Shown here piece by piece: positions 29,056 through 37,533 of a stretch of 64,000 bases of DNA; the first letter of the stretch is position 1, and every line of letters starts with the position of its first letter. The position numbers and the translations under genes are program-made. Location of the stretch: positions 1,376,001 to 1,440,000 of the forward strand of contig OY762940.1 of the NCBI GenBank assembly GCA_963667255.1, written 5' to 3'. The stretch is from Candidatus Cloacimonadota bacterium. GTDB lineage: Bacteria > Cloacimonadota > Cloacimonadia > G963667145. The notes beneath the pieces were generated by a model. That model searched no databases, was not told the origin of the DNA, and saw only the letters and a list, made by a program, of their open reading frames with translations.

Positions 29056-29943
29056 CTACACCTTCTCTATAGCGTTAGAGCCAAAAATACCAGTTGGTTT
29101 AATCATCAAAATAGCAATCAAAAGCACAAAAGCAAAAGCGTCCCTAAATCCTGATAATGAAGGAGATAAAGCGACAATAGCAATTTCCCCAAACCCAATA
29201 ACCAAACCTCCAACAACCGCACCTTTAATCTTACCAATTCCACCGACGACAGCAGCAATAAAACACTTAAGCCCGGGAATAAGTCCCATCACGGGCATCA
29301 ACTGAGGATAACGCATGCTCCACATAATACCACCTACAGCTGCCAAACCCGAACCAATAGCAAAAGTGATAGACACAACTTTGTTTACACTAATTCCCAT
29401 CAGACTTGTAGTCTCTATGTCCAAACTGGACGCTCTCATAGCCATGCCTATTTTTGTTTTGTAAATTATATGTAATAACGCCAAAAGTGCCAAAATAGTA
29501 ACAACAGGAATGTAAGCGGAAACTCCTACAAATTGCACGGAAGCAATCTTAACAATCTTACCAAAAATTTCAGGAACCGGAAAAGCCTTCGGTCTGCCTC
29601 CGAAAACAACAATACCCAAATTTTGCAAGAAAAAAGAGACACCAATCGCAGAAATCATCACCGAAACTCGAGGATAATTACGAAGAGGCTTGTAAGCAAT
29701 TTTTTCCACAAAAATTCCGGTCAATATAGTCAGCAAGATGGCCAATAAAAAACTCAGCCACCATGGCAACAAAAACACTCCAAATAAATAAAATGCAAAA
29801 TAAGCACTTATCATGAAAATCTCACCGTGAGCAAAATTTATCAGCCTTATAATCCCGTAGACCATCGTGTATCCGATAGCTATCAAGGCATAAAGGCTAC
29901 CCAAAGAAAGAGCGTTAATCAAGTGTTGAAAAAAAATATCCAA
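29056..29943 (-). CDS. livH: Branched-chain amino acid ABC permease
   Basis: YALIAIGYTMVYG...NFAHG, AAVVGGIG. Confidence 0.92.
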   Translation of the reverse strand: MDIFFQHLINALSLGSLYALIAIGYTMVYGIIRLINFAHGEIFMISAYFAFYLFGVFLLPWWLSFLLAILLTILTGIFVEKIAYKPLRNYPRVSVMISAIGVSFFLQNLGIVVFGGRPKAFPVPEIFGKIVKIASVQFVGVSAYIPVVTILALLALLHIIYKTKIGMAMRASSLDIETTSLMGISVNKVVSITFAIGSGLAAVGGIMWSMRYPQLMPVMGLIPGLKCFIAAVVGGIGKIKGAVVGGLVIGFGEIAIVALSPSLSGFRDAFAFVLLIAILMIKPTGIFGSNAIEKV

Positions 29944-30000
29944 TTTATTAATTCTCCTCTACAAAATATAACAAAAGCAACAAGTAAAGCCACATTCATA

Positions 30001-30047
30001 AAAAGACTCTTTAATCCGAAGAAAAAATCAAAGCAGATTAAAGAGTC
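30001..30047 (-). terminator. Hairpin/partial terminator between livK and livH
   Basis: GACTCTTTAATC...GATTAAAGAGTC then T-run. Confidence 0.7.
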
Positions 30048-30064
30048 GTTAAAATAAACAAAAC

Positions 30065-31207
30065 TTATCTAGCTTCTACTGTAGTAAGATAAGTGAATTT
30101 ACCGTCTTTTATTTGTTTGATAATCGCAGGTTTGATAGCATCACCGTTAGCATCCAAAGTAACTATGCCGGCAGCACCCTCAAAACCTTCTGTTTTAGCA
30201 AGAGCATCTCTCAATTGGACAGGATCTGCTGTGCCAATTTTTTTGATAGTTTCATAAACCAATAAATATCCATCAAAACCAAGAGCAGTAACAGCAGCAG
30301 GCTCTTTGCCATATTTTTCTCTATAAGCTTTCAAGAAAACTTCAGAAGTTTTGGTAATAGGAGTCTCGGAAGTGAAGAAAGTAGACAAAACAGCACCTTC
30401 TGCAGCAGGTCCAGCTATCTCGATTAACTCTGGAGTTTCCCAAGTATCACCACCGAGCATAGGAATATCAAGACCAATTTCTTTGAGTTGTTTCATTACC
30501 AAAGCTGATTCGGTATAATTTCCGGGAGCAAAAATGGCATCAATTTTTTTACCCTTCAAAGAGGTCAATTGAGAAGTAAAATCTTGGTCTCCTGTATTAT
30601 AATCCAAAACAGTAACGATAGCATTCTCATCACTGGTAAGTTTGATGAAATCATCTGTGAAGAACTTAGCCAAAGCAACGGAATAATCGTTGGAAATCTC
30701 ACGAACTATTGCAACTTTGCGAGCACTAAGATTTGTATAAGCGTAATTTGCCATTACAGAACCTTGGAAGGGGTCTATAAAACAAGCTCTGAAATAAAAA
30801 TCGTTGCCTCTGGTAACCAAAGGATTGGTGCAAGAAATACCAATAGCTGGCACTTGAGCTTTGGCCACGATAGGACCAGCAGCCATAGAGAAAGAAGAAC
30901 CCCAGCTACCCAAGATAGCAGATACTTTCTCTTTGTCAGTCAAACGAACGGCAGCATTAGCAGCTTCTACTTTGTCAGATTTGTTATCAACAATTACCAA
31001 CTCAATCTTCTTACCCAAAACTTCCGGATACATCTCGTTAGCCATTTTAATACCCTCAACCTCCAACTCGCCACCGGCAGCATTGGCTCCAGTCAAAGGC
31101 TCAAAAACACCTATTTTGATAACTTTTGATTCGACTTTTTCTTCTTTACATCCCCAAAAAGAAAAAACTAATACAGCAAGAAATAGCAATTTAACTACTT
31201 TTAACAT
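30065..31207 (-). CDS. livK: Branched-chain amino acid ABC substrate-binding lipoprotein
   Basis: Lipobox FWGC; IKIGVFEPLTG; FRACFID; GGAGG RBS before ATG 31207. Confidence 0.88.
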   Translation of the reverse strand: MLKVVKLLFLAVLVFSFWGCKEEKVESKVIKIGVFEPLTGANAAGGELEVEGIKMANEMYPEVLGKKIELVIVDNKSDKVEAANAAVRLTDKEKVSAILGSWGSSFSMAAGPIVAKAQVPAIGISCTNPLVTRGNDFYFRACFIDPFQGSVMANYAYTNLSARKVAIVREISNDYSVALAKFFTDDFIKLTSDENAIVTVLDYNTGDQDFTSQLTSLKGKKIDAIFAPGNYTESALVMKQLKEIGLDIPMLGGDTWETPELIEIAGPAAEGAVLSTFFTSETPITKTSEVFLKAYREKYGKEPAAVTALGFDGYLLVYETIKKIGTADPVQLRDALAKTEGFEGAAGIVTLDANGDAIKPAIIKQIKDGKFTYLTTVEAR

Positions 31208-31327
31208 ATTACCTCCCAATTCAATATTAATCGTGTTTGACTTAAATTAATCAGAGATTTATCGTCAAGATTTTTTTATGTAGCTTTTTCTTTTGAAAAA
31301 CAGCCACACAGAATAATTGACTATATA

Positions 31328-32281
31328 TTAAAAAATACCTTTGAATCTATCTAACAAATTTTCTGTCAATCTGCTACTGCCCATGGTGAATAGATGTATC
31401 CCTGGAACGCCAAAATCGAGTAACTCTTCTATCATTTTAGTTACATAATCCAGACCGAATGTTTTCTCCTCTTCGCGACTACCAGCTTCGAACAAACCAT
31501 GCACCAACTCTTTGGGAACATCAAAATAGAAAGCTCTGGGAAGAGTCATCAAAATCTTGTGCGAACCTATCGGCTTAATCCCCGGTATTATCGGAATATC
31601 TATGCCCTCAGCTCTAACCAAATTGACGAACTCCTTGAATTTTTGCACATCATAAAACATCTGTGTGATGATATAATCCGCACCCGAAGCAACTTTTTGT
31701 TTCAGATAAAACAAATCTCTCTCCATGTTCAAGGCTTCAAAATGCTTTTCGGGATAAGCTGCAATTCCAATGCAAAAATCGCTCTTCCCCGCATTATCTA
31801 CGGGAAAAAGATACTGCCCTTCGTTCATCCGCTTAATCTGAGCCACCATCTGATCGGCATGCTCAAATCCATCCTCATTGGCAACAAAAACTCGGGCACC
31901 CATCTGTGGGTCGCCTCTGATTACATAAAGATTTTTGATACCCAAGAAATTCAAATTTATAAGCAAATCTTCCAATTCATATTTGTCAACACCGCCACAA
32001 ATAAGATGCGGAACAGCCTCGATACCCAACTTATACTGAATAGCAGCAGCAACTCCCACCGTGCCAGTTCTGCGATTTGTCGCTTCCTTCACCACTCCTG
32101 CACCAGTCTGCACCAACTTATACGCCCGCTGATGATTGGTAACATTGACAAAACTACAATTGTATTTGACCAACCTCTCCAACGGGTCAAGCACTTTACC
32201 AAGCTCCGAACCTCTGACCGGAGGCAACACCTCCAGCGACAAAACCGGTTTCCCTTTTTTTATAGCTTCTACAACTTTCAT
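31328..32281 (-). CDS. metF: Methylenetetrahydrofolate reductase
   Basis: SLEVLPP, HLIC, RGD, AAYPEKH, ITQMFYD, HLFTM. Confidence 0.92.
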   Translation of the reverse strand: MKVVEAIKKGKPVLSLEVLPPVRGSELGKVLDPLERLVKYNCSFVNVTNHQRAYKLVQTGAGVVKEATNRRTGTVGVAAAIQYKLGIEAVPHLICGGVDKYELEDLLINLNFLGIKNLYVIRGDPQMGARVFVANEDGFEHADQMVAQIKRMNEGQYLFPVDNAGKSDFCIGIAAYPEKHFEALNMERDLFYLKQKVASGADYIITQMFYDVQKFKEFVNLVRAEGIDIPIIPGIKPIGSHKILMTLPRAFYFDVPKELVHGLFEAGSREEEKTFGLDYVTKMIEELLDFGVPGIHLFTMGSSRLTENLLDRFKGIF

Positions 32282-32315
32282 TTATTCATCCCAAAATTTA
32301 ATTTTATTTGAAACA

Positions 32316-33038
32316 TCAACAAAACTCCACGGCGAATTTGGATTTGATAGCGTATTGACCATCTATACAGGCGATAAACCCAAGCACATCGGGGTCTAAG
32401 CCATCCAAAACAACTTGCAAATCCTCAGCGGATTTCAGACGATTGGCATAGGCAGTCGCAAAACAGTCAGCCAAAACAGCGTTCCTCGCCACAACGCACA
32501 CACTATCGGCTCTCCCCTTGCTAAAACTCGGTCCGCTCTTGCCGGAAGAAGTCGCAACACCCATAGGAAATTCATCAATAGTAATACTCAAATCCCGACT
32601 GTTTTCGTCTCCGGTAGGTAGCAAAACCTTCGTCTCTTCATCTGCGAACAGATACAAGTCTCCACCGTTTTCCACCAATATTTTACCCAAATTAAATTTT
32701 TGCAACAAAAACTCTCCAACTTTTTTGGCAAAAAATCCAGCAATCCCCGCGAGAGGTCCAACTCCCGCTTGTTGCGAACATTTCTTCAGCTCCACAATAT
32801 CATCAGTATCTCCAATCTTCACATCCACAGGCAATAGTGAACGCAAGCTAACAAAATCGGAATAGCTCTCCAAACTCTCCCGCAAAGAAACAATCTGTTG
32901 CAAAAGCTCTTTCCCGATGACATCTCTGTCCACATTTGCCAAATAATGCACCACAATATCGCTGTCCTTGTGGCACGCCTGCACCCTCTCCCAACTTCCA
33001 GTGCTCAAACTCCTGTAAATGCGGAAATTATCGTTCAT
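32316..33038 (-). CDS. UPF0280/COG2122 ApbE-superfamily protein
   Basis: GVGPLAGIAG, VENGGD, TSSGKSGPSFSKGRAD, ADCFATA. Confidence 0.85.
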   Translation of the reverse strand: MNDNFRIYRSLSTGSWERVQACHKDSDIVVHYLANVDRDVIGKELLQQIVSLRESLESYSDFVSLRSLLPVDVKIGDTDDIVELKKCSQQAGVGPLAGIAGFFAKKVGEFLLQKFNLGKILVENGGDLYLFADEETKVLLPTGDENSRDLSITIDEFPMGVATSSGKSGPSFSKGRADSVCVVARNAVLADCFATAYANRLKSAEDLQVVLDGLDPDVLGFIACIDGQYAIKSKFAVEFC

Positions 33039-34182
33039 CCTTCTCCCGCAAAATCAATGGCTTTTGAACAATTTTGTCTTCAAACAGTTCCACCGGCTGA
33101 TTAATCTTGAAAATTCCCGACTTAATATTGTCCGCCAAAATATCCGCTATCTCTCTGGCTTTGTCCAGATTAGAAAAAGAGAATGTCTTGATTTTCTTCC
33201 CCGCAACTTCTATCTCGCCACTAAAAAGTTGCTGATAATTGACCTTTGCCAGAGCAGGATGCCCGTTCACAGAATAGTCTCGAACGAAAGTCTCGATTTG
33301 CTCATTGGCGACACTCACATTGGCAGCTATCTCCTCATTGAGGACAGGAATAGGAATGCCGACTCCCACGAAAAGACTCACACCGTAATTTTGCAACACC
33401 AAGGGTTTGATAAAATCGGGGTTCATCCTCTTCATATCGCCTATCAGAGCCAAAGCTGCCGACTGCTCCAAGGGAATGCCGTGTTCGTTCAACTCTCGCT
33501 GATTGTCATACTGCGTGCCTTGCCAGCTCACATATCCTCTGGCTCCTACCAAAAAAACTCTCGTGCCGACACCGATTGCTTGCATATGCGGGTCATTGAG
33601 CAGAGGGCTGAGTTCGCCCGCACTGGAATAGCTTACATTACCGAAATCGGAAAGCAATTTCCCCATGTAAGTGTAAATGTCCTTGCCACTTGAGTTGACA
33701 GCAGCTGGATAATTTTGATAAGCATTCCGCGGGTTGTAAAGGTAAGCCTGATTGATGTCGTCCAACTTGAAATAGGTTTTCACCTCTTTCCGCGGATAGC
33801 AGTCAGTTCCTTTGCCCTGTGCTTCCAAACAAACGCTTTTGCCAGCTATCAAATCGCAAATCACATGTGCTCCGCCATAACCAGGGTTGTCCGGATTCTC
33901 GGCAGTCGCTCCCAAATAGGTATCAGCAGCAGCCAAACCACCGTGAGCAGGCACTCCGTTAAGATAGATTTTCTCCATCCTAATAGGCAAATCCAAATTA
34001 CCGAAATTTAAAAAACAGCCTGATGAACACATCGGAGCAAAAGTCGCCGTGGTCACCACATCTACTTCCTTGCAAATTTCCGCACTCGATTTCTTTTTGG
34101 CGAGTTGCGTAGCTTGCTCGGCAGTGATAACTACAGCTTCTCCCGTCGCCAACCTCTTTTTGATTTCTTCAATCGTCTTCAT
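33028..34182 (-). CDS. Homocysteine biosynthesis protein (DUF39/COG1900, aspartate-semialdehyde sulfurtransferase-like)
   Basis: VDVVTTATFAPMCSSG, GGAHVI, TDCYP, NPRNAYQNY, GELSPLLNDP. Confidence 0.9.
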   Translation of the reverse strand: MKTIEEIKKRLATGEAVVITAEQATQLAKKKSSAEICKEVDVVTTATFAPMCSSGCFLNFGNLDLPIRMEKIYLNGVPAHGGLAAADTYLGATAENPDNPGYGGAHVICDLIAGKSVCLEAQGKGTDCYPRKEVKTYFKLDDINQAYLYNPRNAYQNYPAAVNSSGKDIYTYMGKLLSDFGNVSYSSAGELSPLLNDPHMQAIGVGTRVFLVGARGYVSWQGTQYDNQRELNEHGIPLEQSAALALIGDMKRMNPDFIKPLVLQNYGVSLFVGVGIPIPVLNEEIAANVSVANEQIETFVRDYSVNGHPALAKVNYQQLFSGEIEVAGKKIKTFSFSNLDKAREIADILADNIKSGIFKINQPVELFEDKIVQKPLILREKDER

Positions 34183-34210
34183 TTTTTATACTTCCTGCCT
34201 TTTATTTAAT

Positions 34211-34246
34211 AAAAAAGGAGCCACCGTTTATCCGATGACTCCTTTT
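34211..34246 (-). terminator. Attenuator terminator of the met operon leader
   Basis: AAAAGGAGTCATCG-GATAAA-CGGTGGCTCCTTTT plus further T's, about 30 nt before the DUF39 start. Confidence 0.9.
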
Positions 34247-34273
34247 CTATCCAGTCTCACTGAATTTTTTAGG

Positions 34274-34387
34274 TCAAAAACGCCACCGAACAACATTAGG
34301 CATGCTCATCATCATACCATACATTCGCATCATCATAAAAGCAACCTCGCCGTGTCCGATTTCGTTCTTCACTATTTCGTTCTCCAT
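34274..34387 (-). CDS. Met-rich leader peptide MENEIVKNEIGHGEVAFMMMRMYGMMMSMPNVVRWRF
   Basis: 8 ATG codons within 12 codons (34301-34336); alternative GTG start at 34372 with GGAG SD; stop TGA 34274-34276. Confidence 0.85.
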   Translation of the reverse strand: MENEIVKNEIGHGEVAFMMMRMYGMMMSMPNVVRWRF

Positions 34388-34430
34388 AAATTCAACATTC
34401 GTCTTTCACGCAATTAATAATCCAAATCGG

Positions 34431-34436
34431 TGTCAA
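34431..34436 (-). promoter_or_regulatory. -35 box of the met leader
   Basis: Perfect TTGACA 44 nt upstream of the leader ATG. Confidence 0.55.
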
Positions 34437-34467
34437 TCCTTTTTTGCAAAATTCACACCCAGCAAAA

Positions 34468-36117
34468 CTAAAATCTGCTCGACTTCAAAAGTTCTTCAGC
34501 CTTCTCGGTAGCAGTTTTAAAATTGTCAAAAATCAACTCCTCAGCGACCAAATCCGTCAAATTATATTTAATCAACTCGTCTTTCACTTCGGCATTCACA
34601 CCAGAAATAATCACAGAGATATTTTTCTTCCGCAAAATAGACAAAACATCGTGCAGGTTACGCAGACCAGTCTGGTCGATAAACGAAACATGACGCATCC
34701 TGATAATCAGCACCTTGCATTTTAGCCCTATCTCCTCTATCGCCTCGGAATAAGTTCTGGCACAGGCGAAAAACAACGGTCCGCTTATTTCGTAAATTTT
34801 TATCTTTTGTGGCAAATCGGAATAGTTGTCCAAAAGGTCGTTGTCCACAACATCGTCAATCCGCTTTTCACTGATATCTGCCATCCGCTTCATAAAAAGT
34901 AACGCCGACAAGATGACGCCAATCTCAATTGCCAAAGTCAAATCAAAGAGGACGGTAATAAAAAAAGTCGTGAGCAAGATGAGGACATCAAAATACGAAC
35001 TTCGCAAAATAGCCACAAACGACCGCCATTCGCTCATATTATAAGAAACTACTATCAAAATTCCAGCCAAACACGACATGGGAATCAACTTCGCCCAACG
35101 ACCAAGAAAGAGCATAATCAGGAGCAAAGTAACGGCGTGAACCATACCCGAAATCGGTGTTCTTCCACCGTTTTTCACATTCGTGGCTGTGCGGGCTATC
35201 GCTCCGGTAGCGGGGATTCCTCCGAAAAAAGGCGTAACAATGTTTGCAATCCCTTGTGCAATCAACTCCGTATTGGAACGATGTTTACCGCTAATCATTC
35301 CGTCGGCTACCACAGCCGAGAGCAGAGACTCTATGCCACCAAGCAAGGCGATAGTGAGAGCAGGTGCGATGTAATTGTGCAAATCGGCAAATCTGACAGT
35401 CGGAAGAGCAAAAGCGAAACTGTTTGGTATAGAGCCGAAAAACGACTCTATCGTCGCCACATCGAGTTTGCAAAAATAGACCAACGGCGTAACGATGACA
35501 ATCGCCAAGAAAGAGCCGGGGATTTTGGAAGTGATTTTTTTGGAATAGAATGTTATCAAGATTGTGAACAGAGTGATGGCAAACGCAGTCCAATTTATCT
35601 GTGTAATATTAGCGAAATACACGAGCCATTTCTGATGAAAAACTGACGGAACTTTGGCAATATTCAGCCCCAGAGCGTCTTTGATTTGCGTGGAAAAAAT
35701 CGTCACGGCAATCCCGCTGGTAAAACCGACTATCAGAGAATGAGGGAAAAATTTGAGCAATGTTCCCATCTTGAGCAATCCGAAAAGTATCAAAATCACT
35801 CCGGCTAAAATGGTGGAAATGATAAGCCCGTCCACTCCATAACTCTCGACAATACCGTAAACTATGACAATGAAAGCACCAGTCGGACCGCCAATCTGCA
35901 CACGGCTACCACCAAGAAAGGAGATGATGAAACCCGCAACAATGGCGGTAATCAGCCCCTTCTCAGGAGAGACACCAGAAGCCACAGCAAAAGCAATCGC
36001 CAAAGGCAAAGCAACGATGCCAACTACTATTCCCGACAGGATGTCAGCGACTATCTGCTTTCGCTCTATTCCCGCCTTTAGCACGGTAAAAAATTTTGGT
36101 TTGAAAATTGTATTCAT
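34468..36117 (-). CDS. sulP: SulP/SLC26 anion transporter with STAS domain
   Basis: VALPLAIAFA, QIGGPTGAF, GAIARTATN, GPLFF, IDQTG. Confidence 0.92.
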   Translation of the reverse strand: MNTIFKPKFFTVLKAGIERKQIVADILSGIVVGIVALPLAIAFAVASGVSPEKGLITAIVAGFIISFLGGSRVQIGGPTGAFIVIVYGIVESYGVDGLIISTILAGVILILFGLLKMGTLLKFFPHSLIVGFTSGIAVTIFSTQIKDALGLNIAKVPSVFHQKWLVYFANITQINWTAFAITLFTILITFYSKKITSKIPGSFLAIVIVTPLVYFCKLDVATIESFFGSIPNSFAFALPTVRFADLHNYIAPALTIALLGGIESLLSAVVADGMISGKHRSNTELIAQGIANIVTPFFGGIPATGAIARTATNVKNGGRTPISGMVHAVTLLLIMLFLGRWAKLIPMSCLAGILIVVSYNMSEWRSFVAILRSSYFDVLILLTTFFITVLFDLTLAIEIGVILSALLFMKRMADISEKRIDDVVDNDLLDNYSDLPQKIKIYEISGPLFFACARTYSEAIEEIGLKCKVLIIRMRHVSFIDQTGLRNLHDVLSILRKKNISVIISGVNAEVKDELIKYNLTDLVAEELIFDNFKTATEKAEELLKSSRF

Positions 36118-36221
36118 AGCAGTCTTGCAAAAAAATGCTGAAAATATGTAAATCTAATTTAGAAGATTTGTTGGAAGGTGTAAGAAGCAAGGAGACAATC
36201 TTGCTTTGGGCATCACACCTC

Positions 36222-36309
36222 CTCATTCCCACAAAAGCGGGAATCCAGTTGGGTTGGAGCAGGACGCCAACACGAAAAGATGAATGAGTCCCGTCTTCAC
36301 GAGGACGAG
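36222..36309. repeat. Degenerate REP/dRS3-like inverted pair, copy 2
   Basis: CTCATTCCCACAAAAGCGGGAATCCA ... TGAGTCCCGTCTTCACGAGGACGAG. Confidence 0.65.
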
Positions 36310-36393
36310 GGAAGAAGAACAAAAAAACACTGGCGAGTTACCAACTCGACAGTGCTCCGTATCTTTTCATTTTTATTTTTTATCTTTTATTTT

Positions 36394-37527
36394 TCATTTT
36401 CCCACCACTTTTTTGGTGGCTGCTATTTTGCTGTCGGCAAACATTACGACATCTTTTATAACCAGTTTTTGAATGGCGGAAATAAAAGTTTCCATTATAT
36501 TATAGTTTGGCTCGTTGTTTTGAGTTGGGAGATTCATTAATTGATTTGCAATAATATTTACATTAAAGCTTGAACTACCCCAAGAAAATGAACTAAAAGA
36601 TTTTGTCATTGTTGAAATAAAAAATAAAGCATTCAATTTATTGAAATTAGTTGTTTTGGATTTTAAAATTTTTATTTTATCCCCTGTGAAATAAGGCTTT
36701 TCTTGGTAAAACATTGTTGCCGTATCTTGTCCAAAAGAGATTGTATTTCCATTATTCAAAAATTGTTCGTCCTCATTTATATAGCCACGAATACCATTAT
36801 TTAAACTCGTTCTTACAACATAGGGTTTACCAATTTCTGAAATAGAAACCTTGTTAGCATCAAATCTTTTTTTATAAGAATTTATCTCAAACAATTCCCC
36901 AATTGCAAACTCTCCCCACTCAAACTTCTCATTTTCAAAATATCGCAAAACTTCTTGCTCTTTTTGGGTGAGCTCATAATCTTTGAGACCTGTTGTCAAA
37001 AGATAGGCTTCCAGCTCCGCCACTCGCTCCGCTTCCAGCTCCGCTATAAACTCTTCCATAAATTCAAAATCTATTTCGCCATTTTTAGTGGGAAGTTGGA
37101 TTTTGGTTTTATTCATAGCATCACGATTAAATTTATTCCCATAATCATATTGTTTAGAAGTGGAAACTCTACAAGCAGAAATAATAACACTTGCAATAGC
37201 TTTATTAAAAGGTTCAAATTTTGGGACTAAATGTTGAATATGAGAATATCCTATAAAATCATTTTCTTGATAATACATTGTATCTGCTCCTAAAGTTGTA
37301 TCAGAGCAACTGATTGTATTTCCTTTGTTATTTGCTTCCAAATTAGAAAATCCCATTACCCCATTATTAGATGAAGAATTTGAAATCAATGGAACATTAC
37401 CACTTTCAGAAATTATCTCTTCATTTTTTAATTTGTAATATTTTGTCGGATTTATCTCAAACAAATCCCCCAATCTGTATTCTCCCCACTCAACACTTTC
37501 CAGTTTCTCGCTGAGTGGGGAAACTAT
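36394..37527 (-). CDS. Restriction-modification specificity (S) subunit, two TRDs; probably entered by -1 frameshift
   Basis: Repeated EWGE..GxLFEIN conserved regions and two TRD-like blocks; no SD-led start codon near its 5' end. Confidence 0.85.
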   Translation of the reverse strand: MVSPLSEKLESVEWGEYRLGDLFEINPTKYYKLKNEEIISESGNVPLISNSSSNNGVMGFSNLEANNKGNTISCSDTTLGADTMYYQENDFIGYSHIQHLVPKFEPFNKAIASVIISACRVSTSKQYDYGNKFNRDAMNKTKIQLPTKNGEIDFEFMEEFIAELEAERVAELEAYLLTTGLKDYELTQKEQEVLRYFENEKFEWGEFAIGELFEINSYKKRFDANKVSISEIGKPYVVRTSLNNGIRGYINEDEQFLNNGNTISFGQDTATMFYQEKPYFTGDKIKILKSKTTNFNKLNALFFISTMTKSFSSFSWGSSSFNVNIIANQLMNLPTQNNEPNYNIMETFISAIQKLVIKDVVMFADSKIAATKKVVGK

Positions 37528-37533
37528 TTTCCC
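37481..37533 (-). other. Putative -1 programmed ribosomal frameshift signal
   Basis: Slippery G_GGA_AAA (37533-37527), TAG, then 14-bp stem TTTCCCCACTCAGC/GTTGAGTGGGGAGA. Confidence 0.75.

Noticed and set aside
34250..34430. SAM riboswitch or T-box upstream of the met operon
   Set aside because: No SAM-I ATCxAGAG/GCAACC arrangement on the coding strand and no T-box AAxxxGGxTGGxACC motif seen; the leader peptide explains the region.
34049..34511. His-rich and Ile-rich plus-strand ORFs (122 aa, 69 aa)
   Set aside because: Antisense reading of the ATG cluster (CAT/ATC) of the Met leader.
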